From the human T2T-CHM13v2.0 reference genome, Homo sapiens: a stretch of 64,000 bases of DNA. The notes under the pieces are model-generated. The model was given only the letters and a program-made list of their open reading frames with translations, was not told where the DNA came from and ran no database searches. Below, one piece after another: positions 1-11,819 of this stretch; position 1 is the first letter of the stretch; each line of letters opens with the position of its first letter. Made by a program: the position numbers and the translations under genes. The DNA is taken from NCBI RefSeq assembly GCF_009914755.1, contig NC_060926.1. The stretch is one strand, 5' to 3'.

Positions 1-243
1 GTGAAACCATCTCAATCTGTCTTTCTTCTTATCTAGTCACTATCAAGAGACAAAGCACTTGTAATTGATTAATGTTATAAAGCAAGACTAGAATGTAATG
101 AAGCATAGAGTTTTATTTTAGAGGCAGTTTTATTTTAACAGCTTTATGGCTTCCTTTTTGTCTCGGACTTGTTTGCTTAGGTTCTAAAGAGATCATTTAC
201 ATTTTTAAAAATTTATACTTTGGTACTTTGAAGGAAAAAGCAT

Positions 244-1200
244 ACTTTTTTCTACCCTCACACACCACTCATCCCAGAACACTTCTGATGTCAGATGTGT
301 GTGGGATTTTTCCTCACACACCAAGCAGTTCTCCAGTGGACACCAAGTTAATTTAACTCAATTCTGACACTCCCTACCTGGAGACAGTGTCAGGCCCCAC
401 AGGTTGAGGGCTCAGTCATACAAGGCTGCCCTCCTTTTCAGATGCCAATCACAAATCCAGGCCTCTGCAACTTCTGACCTATAGGATAGAAATTGGGGGC
501 TCCCATGACCAAACCATAACCAAACATTAGGTTTGGTTAATGTTCTAGAGTGACTCGCAGATCTCAGGGAAACACTTTACCTACAGTTACCCATTTATTA
601 TGCAGGATATTACAAAGGATACAGGTTAACAGCCAGATGGAAAAGATGTATAGAGGAAGGGATGTGGGAAGGGGTGTGGGGCTTCCATGCCCTCCCTGGG
701 CACGCCACCCTGCAGGAACCTCCATGCATTCAGCTATCCAGACACTCATCTGAACCTTGACCTTCTGGGTTTTTATGGAAGCTTAATTTCATAGGCATGA
801 TTGATTACATCATTGGTCTTTAGTGAGCCACTCAACTTTCAGCCTCTCTCCTCTCTGCATCAGGGGGTGGGCTAAAAGTTCCAACTCTCTAACTGCAAGG
901 TTGATTCCCTTGGCAACCAGCCCCCATTCTCAGGCTAACCAGGAGCCCACCAACCACCACCTCATTAGGATAGAAGATGCTGTCACCCAGAAAATTCCAA
1001 GGGATTAGGAGCTCTGTGTCAGATGTACCTGTCACTGAGGAAATTACAAAGGTCTTAGGAGCTCTGTGTCAGGCCTGGAGATCAAAGACCAAATGTTAAA
1101 ACCAAAGATTCTTCTAGTGCCCCTACCTACCAGGGTTTTAGGAGCTCAAGAACTGAGGTCAGGGACCACTATATGTATTTTTTATTATCTCGCAATTTCA
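244..1200. mobile_element. MER21-family solo LTR (approximate ends)
   Basis: Recalled MER21 motifs (ccccacaggttgagggctcagtc, ttcagatgccaatcacaa, ggtttttatggaag..ataggcatgattgatta); similar to 58875-59593. Confidence 0.6.
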
Positions 1201-2230
1201 TAAGTAGCTTTTATGGGGATATGTATAACTACAGTGAAATCCACTGAAGGGGATTCATGAGAATCACAAGATACCCTTCATAGTGCCAAGGGCCCATTGA
1301 ATAATACAGACCTTGTCAGGTACATTGATTTGAAAGGAAAGTTCTAGTAGGACCAGGCTGAGGAAGTGACTCTACATGGTGAAACAAAAGACAGAACAGA
1401 ACACTTCTTGGTTTACAAACTACATGAGAAAAAATTAGTCTCTTTTTCACTAGACTTTTGACCAAAGAGTGTGATGGCCAATTTGACCCACTGCCTTACA
1501 CGTCAAACTGGTTTCTGAATGTCTTTGACCTCTTACCAAAAATCAAACTCACCTTCAAAGGATAAAGATTTATCACCCCTGAGACTACAGACTCTGAAAG
1601 AATATCCCCCAGAGTTCCCACAATGTCATGACAGCACTATTGAGACAAATGTATAATCTCTCCCAAGCTGGCCATTTCAAAGAGAGTAACATTTATTTGT
1701 GTGGCTATGTTTTAGGATTTGGGTTTAAAATAATCACTGGACTTTAAGGTTGTTTCATTTATTGATGTTACTGCTGGCATTTGTATTTCATCAGCCAATG
1801 TCACTATTCTCATGAGTAATATATCCGCTTTTATCACCATCACTCTCCAGACATTTCAACTCTTCAAAATCACTCACAATCTCTCTCCCCACAACACACC
1901 CCTCTGTCTGTCACTGTCACCACATTTACCCACTGATTCCCACCATTCTTCCCTGTAAGTTGCACACTGTAATCTTGACAGAATGTTCCCCATAAACTGG
2001 AGGAGTTCTGCTCCATTAGCACAGGTAGGAGACTGTTTTCCCAAGACAGGGCTCCCAGATACATCTGGATACAACCAGAATCTGGGATAGTCACGATATT
2101 ATGTGTGGCTATTTTTCAATTTAATTTTAATTTTAGCATGTATTTTCAGAATAAGAAATCCTAAATTTAATAATAGTAGTTTCAATAGTATATAATATCT
2201 TTAAATGAAATTTTTTTTCCTTCCTAGTGG

Positions 2231-2339
2231 AAGAAATACAGCAAATTCCTCTAAATGGTCATTTTCTTGCAGGAGCAACCAATGCAAGCCTTAAACCAGA
2301 ACAAGTCCTAGTTTGTTTTTTATTCCTCTCTCTAGAAAG
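2231..2339 (+). pseudogene. AOX3P: AOX3-like exon 13 remnant
   Basis: EEIQQIPLNGHFLAGATNASLKPEQVLV..IPLSRK; 109 bp versus 110 bp for the paralogous exon at 35699-35808 (1-nt frameshift); donor reads AT (atatgag) and the expected acceptor position reads TGG. Confidence 0.85.
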
Positions 2340-2752
2340 ATATGAGATTATAAAGTTTAAAATGTTCACTTTCATCTGTTTGCTTTTGTTGCTTTATTTT
2401 TATCTTGGATTGAATACAGCATAATAAAAAGTAGAATTTGTAGCAAATATTGTATATATGCCTAGGTGCAAACAATAACAGATTAGATGTCAATCTGTGT
2501 CATTAGAGAATTTCAGGACATTGCATCGTTCTCTTATCCTTCTTCTTCAAAAGCTCTAAAAACCTAGGATCCCTGGAATGACAAGTCATATACTTGAAAG
2601 AAATAAATAACCTTATTGTACAGATGAGGAGATTGGGGCCCAAATATGTTTAATTATTTCAACAAAGTTGCACAGTGAATGGGTGGCAGAACCATGACCA
2701 AAACCCACCATCAGCCTCAGAGAAGTTAAGTGGAATAAAGAATTATTTATAA

Positions 2753-3052
<300 letters not shown>

Positions 3053-4403
3053 CTATAAAATATTTTATTTTGGCTTTACTGCCCAAGATTAATGTTTTCT
3101 TCAAACTAATAAGAACTTCAGAGAAATGTACAGGGAACCAAATGAGTTGTGATCATACTAAGATTCTGGTCCAATATGAGCAGTTCGTGTATTCATTGAT
3201 GGGCAAAATGTGGCTTTGACTTGCTCTTTGTTTAATGGCAATATCTGCTTGCCAACCGAAAACTTGAACAAATGTGGATGTTACTATTGAATCTCTTCTT
3301 CAGCTCCAGGTCAGTTCAACCAATAAATGAAAAGCGATGGCTATTGCCAGAAGAGAAGAGCAGCACACTCATTTTGTTGACACCTTCCCCCACTATCATT
3401 CACTAATTCGATATTGATTGACACTCTACCGAGTAGCACATGAGCACCAAGGACAGATAAATAGTGACGATTGCCACTATTAACCAGAAATATTGCTAGG
3501 TGTCCCCCTGCCCCAGCTATAATTTAGAGGCATGGTGGAATAAATTAGAAGAATAAAATTAACAAAGATTTACTACTGATAACTTGCTCTTGACCAACAG
3601 AACCCAATATGCAGAGTCTGTGCTGGTTAATTTTAGGAATGCTAGGACTTCAGAAACATTTGCCAAATGAGAAGGCAGATGATATTGTGAGAATGGTGCC
3701 TATGACACGTTCATGAGTTTCCAGGAGGGTGTCTGCAGCCAGGAGTGGGGGCGGGTGGGAAGTTGAAGAAAACGAAGCAGCAGGTCCTGTCCCCTATCAC
3801 CCATTGAGCATTCTTGCCACCCCCTAGGTTTAACCTAAATCAATTTATGAAAAAAGAATCAGATAAACCCAAATTGAGCAGCAAGCTGCAAAACAACTAG
3901 TCTGACTCTCCAAAATGTCAGTGTCATGAACAACAAAAAAGGCTGGAGAGCTTTCCTAGAGTAAAGGAGTCAAGAGAGCTAAGAAGATGACATCTTCACC
4001 GCTCCCATGGGGGAGATCGTAAATGCAGTATTTGTGTAATTGGAAAAATTCAAATATGAACTGTATGTTAAACAACACTATTGTTTCAATACTCATTAAT
4101 AAGTCTCATTATCCTGACAATGATGGTAAGGTTACGTAGGAGAAAGCCCTTGTATTTTAGGAGTTACATGAGGCAATATTTAAGGATGAAGTGTTATGAT
4201 GTCAATAATTAACTCTTACGTGATTCAGCTAAAACCATCTGATGGGGGTAGCCGGGGTTAGCTACAGCAAGAGTGAGTGTATGTGGCATAATGTTAACTG
4301 CTGGTGATCAGTGAATCCAGGTGAAGGGTATATAGGTATTATTACTTATTGTACCATCCTTGAGACTTTTCTGTAGGTTTGAAATTTATTAAAACAAAAA
4401 GTC

Positions 4404-4711
4404 AGCTGGGCGCGGTGGCTCACACCTGTAATCCCAGCATTTTGGGAGGCCGAGGCAGGCGGATCACCTTAGGTAAGGAGTTCGAGACCAGCCTGGCCAA
4501 CATGATGAAACCTCATCTCTACTAAAAATACAAAAAATTAGCTGAGCGTGGTGGCACATGCCTGTAGTCCCAGCGACTGGGGAGTCTGAGGCAGGAGAAT
4601 TTGCTTGAACCAGGGAGGTGGAGGTTGCAGTGAGCCAAGATCACGCCACTGCACTCCAGCCTCCAGCGTGGGCAACAGAACGAGACTCCGTCTCGAAGAA
4701 GAAAAAAAAAA
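4404..4711 (+). mobile_element. AluS
   Basis: Alu consensus with A tail; TSD aaaaagtc; ends ~20 bp before the AOX3P exon 14 acceptor. Confidence 0.95.
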
Positions 4712-4732
4712 GTCGTTCTTGTTGTATTCCAG

Positions 4733-4916
4733 TGAGAGTCTGCTTCAGCTTTCCGACAGGCCTCACATCAGCAAAATGCCCTGGCGGTTGTGAATGCTGG
4801 AATGACAGTCCTTTTCAAAGACGGCACAAACACCACTGTGGACTTCAGTGTCTATATGGAGGAGGTGGCCCTACTACAGTTGGTGCAAATAAATTCTGTC
4901 AGCAGCTTATCAGAAG
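4733..4916 (+). pseudogene. AOX3P: AOX3-like exon 14 remnant
   Basis: AG|TGA (W to stop) ESASAFRQASHQQNALAVVNAGMTVLFKDGTNT..YGGGGPTTVGANKFCQQLI|GT; 184 bp versus 185 bp (frameshift). Confidence 0.9.
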
Positions 4917-5184
4917 GTGATTTATTAACTTACACCTCGAACCAAATAAAGGAGCACCGTGTGTTGACCCTACCACAGTTTTGCTTTCATGCTATTTTTC
5001 TGAAGTCCCTTATAGGATGAAAACCATGGAGCTCCTCTAATTCATACAAACTTCCCCACGGCAATGAAAATAAAAGTCTGAAGACTATGCAGCAATATAG
5101 ATTTTAAAAATGGTTTTATACCAATCAACTATATCTTCATAATTGATCATTTATATTAAAATAATGACAGCATCTTTACTTCAG

Positions 5185-5277
5185 AACCCCGGTGGATATC
5201 CTGACATCTCCAAGAAACTCTTAGGTGTCCTAACAGACTTTCTTTTGACCCTACCTCAGGGGATGTACTCATACGAG
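5185..5277 (+). pseudogene. AOX3P: AOX3-like exon 16 remnant
   Basis: cag|NPGGYPDISKKLLGVLTDFLLTLPQGMYSYE|gt, 93 bp, same size as the paralogous exon at 41324-41416. Confidence 0.85.
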
Positions 5278-6497
5278 GTCACTACGTTTTCTGAAAGAAC
5301 AGAACAGCCAAGTGGAGCTGTGACTGTCTTTTGCCATGGCTTTCCTTTTTAATTTCCAACTGCTGTCATAGTGTCAGCTTTTAGGAAAGGATCAGCTGTG
5401 GAAATGCTGTATTCAAGCAATAATCAGAAAATACAATGGAATAACAGTTCCCGTTTATAGTAACAACCAAAAAATAACTCTAGGGATAAAATCAACAAAA
5501 ATATGTGCAGGGCCAACATGAAAAGAACTTTTAAAATCTATTGGTGAACTTTAAAAAAAGACAAATTTTAAAAGGGAAAGACATAAGCCTTAGCTACAAG
5601 GACACAAAATATAACAGTATCAATTTTCTCTTATAAATTAAATATAACACATTCCCAATCAAAACATCAACAGTGTCTTTTGAAAACTTGATTTTAAAGT
5701 TTATCTAGAAAGATAAAAAATGTATAATAAGAATAGTCAAGAGGGGAAACTAGCCCTATATAATATTGAAATGTATTCTATTACATTAATACATGTCTAG
5801 TAGTTACACATTATAGGTACTGATACAGGAGGAGAAAAACAGACCAACAGAACAATGTAAAGTCCTGAAATAGGCCAGAAAGTCAGGTCTCATTAGAAGC
5901 AAAAATGCACTTCAAGTAAGCCATAAAATGGAGCATTTAAGAAAGAATATTGGTACAACTTGCAAGCCATTTTAAAAACAAAGAAACATAAAGCTGTACT
6001 TCTATTTCCCACTTTACAATAAAAATAAATTCCAGATTGATTAAAGTTTTAAATACTAAAAACTATACTAAATATATGCATGCATTTAAAAAAATCCATA
6101 GCCTAAGGAACATGAAAGCCGGAAGTTATAAAGAAAAGACTGATAAATTTGACTATATAACAGAGAAAAGCATTAGTATAAAAAGAAACGCATTTACAGC
6201 AAAAACTTTTCTAAATCAATAAAAAAAGATTAAAAAAACAAAAAAAGAAAAGTATACCCACTGGCAGGAAACTGGAAAAATAAACTATTTTGAGCCTCAC
6301 TTAGAATTTTTAAAATGAAAATTAAAACAGCAATGAGATACCATTTTCCTCTATTAGATTGGCAACAATTTAAAATGTTGATAGTACCCACGACTGATTA
6401 AATTTGACACATTTTTTCCTCCGAGCATACTTTTCATGTAATAAAGTTACTGAAACCAAATACTGTATTCTTAAAAATGGTTAGGGTTACTAAGAAG

Positions 6498-6517
6498 CCA
6501 GCAACAGAGGGCAGCAG
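6498..6517 (+). promoter_or_regulatory. Candidate CTCF site next to a CpG-retaining patch
   Basis: ccagcaacagagggcagca resembles the CTCF core (CCASYAGRKGGCRS) with a mismatch; motif match only. Confidence 0.35.
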
Positions 6518-8263
6518 AGACCTCCTCTGGGGCGTCCGCGTAGTTCATGTTCCAGTTTTACAAAAGCAGCTTTTTCTCTGCTGTGGTCTCTGAGGTGTCA
6601 GAGTGCAGCAAAAGGGAAATGCGTCATCAGTTCTTGTCATCTCATTGGTGACAATGAGTAATCAGGTGGCGGTGGCGAGGTGGTGTCTCTGGGCCCTCTC
6701 TCCAGGCCAGAACGGGCACGTCCCACACGCGAGCAAGGCTTCTTGCTGTGCCGCCCGTCAGAGCCAAGTCTGTGATGGCGCCTCTGTTCCAGGTTGTTAC
6801 AGAGCTGGGCAGCTCCTCAGGAAGTTGGCATTAAAGAGAGCTGGTGTTCAAAATCTGGATTTTCTTTTTTTTTTTTTTTTAACCGAGAGTCCTTTCCCCT
6901 CAATAAACTTGACAAAGGAGATCAAGGAAACTAGGAAACTACCAGAAATTCTCATTTGCATTTCCAAGCAAACGCCCAGCAATCTTAGTCATATTAGCTG
7001 CATGGCTTTGGGGTTAGAAAGGAGGTGAGGTTGGGAGGGGAAGATAAAGGATAAAATCAGAGTGAATAACACAGAAGAGGTCTAGCCAGCTGCCTTTCCT
7101 GCTTACAAGGGGCCACTGGGGCCAGAGCAGGCCCCCTCCCCCGGCTGTTGCGTCCAGGCTGTTTCCCACACTGTAGACCCCCTTCCTCCTTTGGTCCTCT
7201 CTGCCCTTCCCTGGGTCTCCCATTTCAGACCTTGCTGTGCTTCCCAGTCCCCCACATGGAACTCAGACTCCAATTTCCATCAGTCAAGGGCTTGCCTCTT
7301 CAGGCACATGTCCTCAGCTCCCACTAAGAGGTCCTCAGCTTTAGGCCAGCTCGGCAGACTGGGGAAATGGACGCCTCTGCACTGACCCAGCAATGCTTAT
7401 CCAGATCAGTGTTCAGGGAGCACCTTTCTCTCTATGTCCTGTGGATGCAGGGTCTGCCTGGTCAACGGCAAAGGTGTCTTTATGCATCTTCGGGAGGTTG
7501 GCCTGTTACTGGGTATAGAGTTAGGGAAAGTACAGCCTGAGAAATTAATATAGAATGCATGTGTATATACATACAGACATTTTTGTGCTTTCTTTTTATA
7601 AAAGTAAAACATGTCCTTTAATGGACATTCGACAAATACAGAAGAATATAAAAAGAAAATCAAAATCTCCTGTAAACCTACCAGCTATATATGGCCATTG
7701 CCAAAGTATTTTTTAAATACTGTATTAAAAACTTGATTCTCATACAAATCTTAAGTAAGCAAATGTCAAAGATTTATTTAACTCGACAATGAGGGAACCA
7801 GCAAAATGATAAAACTGGATGAAAGTGAATTTGAGAGACTGAGCATATAGGCATGCCAGCACAATGACGAAGGTTGCTAGTTTAGGTAAAAAACCGGTTA
7901 ATATCTTACAGGTAATAAAACTGTAACCTTTGAGGTTGCCTTCCTACAGGACAGAAATAATTTGATTCTTTACTAGAAAAGAAAATCTACATGTTCTTAT
8001 GTAGCTTCACAGAGTCTAGCCCCCAATCAATAGTAAACAAGTTCAACAAAGGAACATTCCCTTAGAGAATGAGATAACCATGGAATGGACTTGCTAGACT
8101 GTGTTCCAAAATGCATTGAAAGGCCATTCAGTGAATCTTGTCTATTTTTCCAAGTTTTGGATAATATTTCTTAACATGCTATTATAATTTTAATAGACTT
8201 CCTTGTAATTTTAAGGATTATTAGGGTGTATATAAATATGTGAATACATAAAACACATTTTTT

Positions 8264-8965
8264 ATTTTATTATTATTATACTTTAAGTTTTAGGGTACAT
8301 GTGCACAATGTGCAGGTTTGTTACATATGTATACATCTGCCATGTTGGTGTGCTGCACCCATTAACTCGTCATTTAGCATTAGGTATAGCTCCTAATGCT
8401 ATCCCTCCCCCCTCCTCCCACCCCACAAAAGTCCCTGGTGTGTGATGTTCCCCTTCCTGTGTCCAAGTGTTCTCATTGTTCAATTCCCACCTATGAGTGA
8501 GAACATGCGGTGTTTGGTTTTTTGTCCTTGCGATAGTTTGCTGAGAATGATGGTTTCCAGTTTCATCCACTTCCCTGCAAAGGACATGAACTCATCCTTT
8601 TTTATGGCTGCATAGTATTCCATGGTGTATATGTGCCACATTTTCTTAATCCAGTCTGTCATTGTTGGACATTTGGGTTGGTTCCAAGTCTTTGCTATTG
8701 TAAATAGTGCCGCAATAAACATACATGTGCATGTGTCTTTATAGCAGCATGATTTATAATCCTTTGGGTATATACCCAGTAATGGGATGGCTGGGTCAAA
8801 TGGTATTTCTAGTTCTAGATCCCTGAGGAATCGCCACACTGACTTCCACAATGGTTGAACTAGTTTACAGTCCCACCAACAGTGTAAAAGTGTTCCTGTT
8901 TCTCCACATCCACTCCAGCACCTGTTGTTTCCTGACTTTTTAATGATCGCCATTCTAACTGGTGT
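8264..8965 (-). mobile_element. Younger L1PA 3' fragment (ORF2 C-terminus plus 3' UTR)
   Basis: Minus-strand ORF 8480-8989 is the L1 ORF2 C-terminus (..[23 protein letters not shown]); perfect TSD aaaacacatttttt at 8250-8263 and 8966-8979. Confidence 0.93.
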
Positions 8966-10720
8966 AAAACACATTTTTTTCAAGATCACATTTTATATAT
9001 ATAATCCTACATTCTTTTTTTCAGATAATAGTATATCACAAACATTTTCCTATGACACTAAAGATTTTTCAAAACAGGATTTTTAATGGATATGTGTTTG
9101 TTTTTTATTCAAATGGATGTGCTATAACTTATTTAACCAATCCCCATTTGGGGGGACAAATAATATTCTGTAAATACTCTAAAACATAAATCTGCAGATA
9201 TTTCCGATGATTTCCTTAGAACACATTCCTAAAAGTGGAATTTCTGTCTATTTTTTAGGTTCTTAAAACTGGCCTTTAGGAAGATGGTTTCAATCCATAC
9301 TCTCAGCAACTGGGTATGAATGCAGCCCTTTCATCACAGCCTTAGCAACACTGGTTATCATATCCTCTAATCTTTGACAAATTTCTCTAAATTAGAGAAA
9401 AATTATCTCTCATTATTTGAATTATATTACTTTAATTAGTGAAGTTAGACCTTTTTCAGATGTTTATTTTCTATTGATAACTCTGTTTTTATGCTGATAA
9501 AATGTCATAAAAGGTAAAACTAAAGATAGACCTGAAGGGCAAAAATATAACAAAAGGGAAGCAAGAAGCCTCAGGGAAATGTGAGGGAAGGGACTTTGCA
9601 GGTGACCACGGTGGCTGGAAGGAGGACTTACAGTCGCATGCATGACATATAGCCATATTCACATGACCCTCAGGACCCCAGGCTAACTTGCTGCTGAACA
9701 TCCAGGACTTACCAGGACAGGGAGGACAGAGCAGTGTCAAAATTTATTTTCCAAACCAGACAGCCTGATTCTCTTGCTGATCTGCTGTAGCTGGGCTGGT
9801 TGTTGGTCCAAGAAGGTTTACAAGATGGCAGAAAAAAAAAAAACAAAACCCTATTATTTGGAAAGCTGCCTGGTGTTCATCCCCAGGATCACTGGGAGAT
9901 ATCTTCAAGGGACAGGAGTAGGCACTGTAACTGTGGTTACATGACATCACAGAATATAAGAACTGACATCCCTTAAAGAGCTTCACTCATGTGTTAACGC
10001 CATTTGCCTGAGTGGAGGGAGAGAAAGATTATCCTCACCAGACCTCCAAAGTCATAGAGTCCCAGATCAGTAGAAAACTCTCTTATCTTAGTTTACAAGT
10101 TAAAAGTGTTGAAAAGCATGAATTTAATCTTGTACCTTCATTTTGTAGGTTCAGAAACTGATGCCCAAAGTGCTTAAAACAAGCAAACAAAACCTCCTGC
10201 CCCAAGTTACTTATGGCAGAACTAGGGCTATAATTCACATCTCCCAGTTTCCCATCTGACACTTGGCCAGCAGTCTTCCTGCCTGAAGGGGGATCTCACA
10301 CAGGCTGGCTACACAGCCCCCTAAGTTTTATGATGGTGTTAATCAGAGCACATGGACTTCCACTTGCCAATAGGGGAAACTTTTACCTCAAGTGTCCTCT
10401 CAGTAAGATCTGTTTCATAAAACATTCAGGTTTTCTCAGAAAAGCAGAGTTCCCCATATGCTAGCTGCCACAAAATCCATCTTCACTCATGCCCCAGTCC
10501 CTGCCCTGTCTCATCTTCATCACACCTACCCTCTTTAGCTTCAGGTAGATCAACCACGAGGAAGAAAAGTCCAGTTTAGGCTGAACACAGACTAGTTTGG
10601 AAAGGCCTGCACCACGTAGAGCAGGGAAAGGCACGCCCATTTCTTAGCGGATGCTTCCGACTCATAAACACTCCTGCTTGATTGATTTGCTTTGTGTTTG
10701 ACTTTGTTTTCTAAAAATAG

Positions 10721-10894
10721 TGTGTAGATTCCCAGAAGCCCCCTTCCCAAGACCCCAGTGGGATGCCCCATCATGCCTCAGGTGGATATTAAACATGCTG
10801 TGAGGGAGGCTGTATTTTGTGATGACATGCCTGCCCTAGCAGAAGAGCTCTTCCTGACTGTGGTCACCAGCACCAGGCCACATGCTAAAATCAT
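10721..10894 (+). pseudogene. AOX3P: AOX3-like exon 17 remnant
   Basis: tag|[57 protein letters not shown]; 174 bp versus 170 bp (frameshift); donor mutated to ATAAGT. Confidence 0.9.
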
Positions 10895-10936
10895 ATAAGT
10901 AAATATGGACAGAATTGAGGGTTGGTAATACCTACC

Positions 10937-11228
10937 AGCCAGACGCAGTGGCTCACGCTTATAATCCAAGCACTTTGGGAGGCCAAGGAGGGCAGATCTC
11001 TTGAGCCCAGGGGGTTTTAGACCAGCCTGGGAAACATAGTGAAACCCTATCTCTACAAAAATACAAAAAAAAAAAAAAATTAGACGTGTGTAGTGGCTTG
11101 CGTCTGTGGGAGGCTGAGGTGGAAGGATCGCTTAAGCCTGTGTGGTCAAGGCTGCAGTGAGCCAAGATCATGCCACCGCACTCCAACATGGGCAACAGAG
11201 TGAGATCCTATCTCAAAATAATAATAAA
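10937..11228 (+). mobile_element. AluJ-like
   Basis: Diverged Alu consensus. Confidence 0.9.
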
Positions 11229-11819
11229 GCAGACACTCAAAGGATTATCTATTAGCAATTAACCCAACTCAATACATTGAAATATTTCACAAAAAAACAA
11301 TCTCAACATATATCTTGATAAAAGAAAATAAAAAGCAGAAGGGCAACTGCAGGCTTGGGAGTGGATAAAAGACAAATAAACCCCTGTCAAGAGAGGGAGC
11401 TGGTATCTGAGGAGCTGAGCACTATTATCTCAGAATGTAAAGGGGTAAGAACAACTTCCTTAGCTTGTGACATCCCAAAGAGCTATGATTCTCTCTACCT
11501 TTTTTCTGAGCGTTCATCTTCAGAGGAGCCTGAGCTCCTAAGAGTGTCACATTTGAGCTTTGGTTTATTAAACAACCCAAGGGTACACCTCTCCTGGAAG
11601 GGGAGACTAACAAAATGCCCTACAAAGAATCCCCTTTTTGACCTGCATCCAGTAAAACCAAAGTCCTCTACTTTCCACAGTGTTAGCACGGTTTCATGCA
11701 CTCCTGGTGGCGTTCATGTGAAATATTCAGGGTTCTTAGGGTTTGCGTATTCACTTAGAAGAGGGCCACATTATCCTGTGCAACACTTGGCATCTCTGTA
11801 GGGTTTCTTCTCTCCCCCA

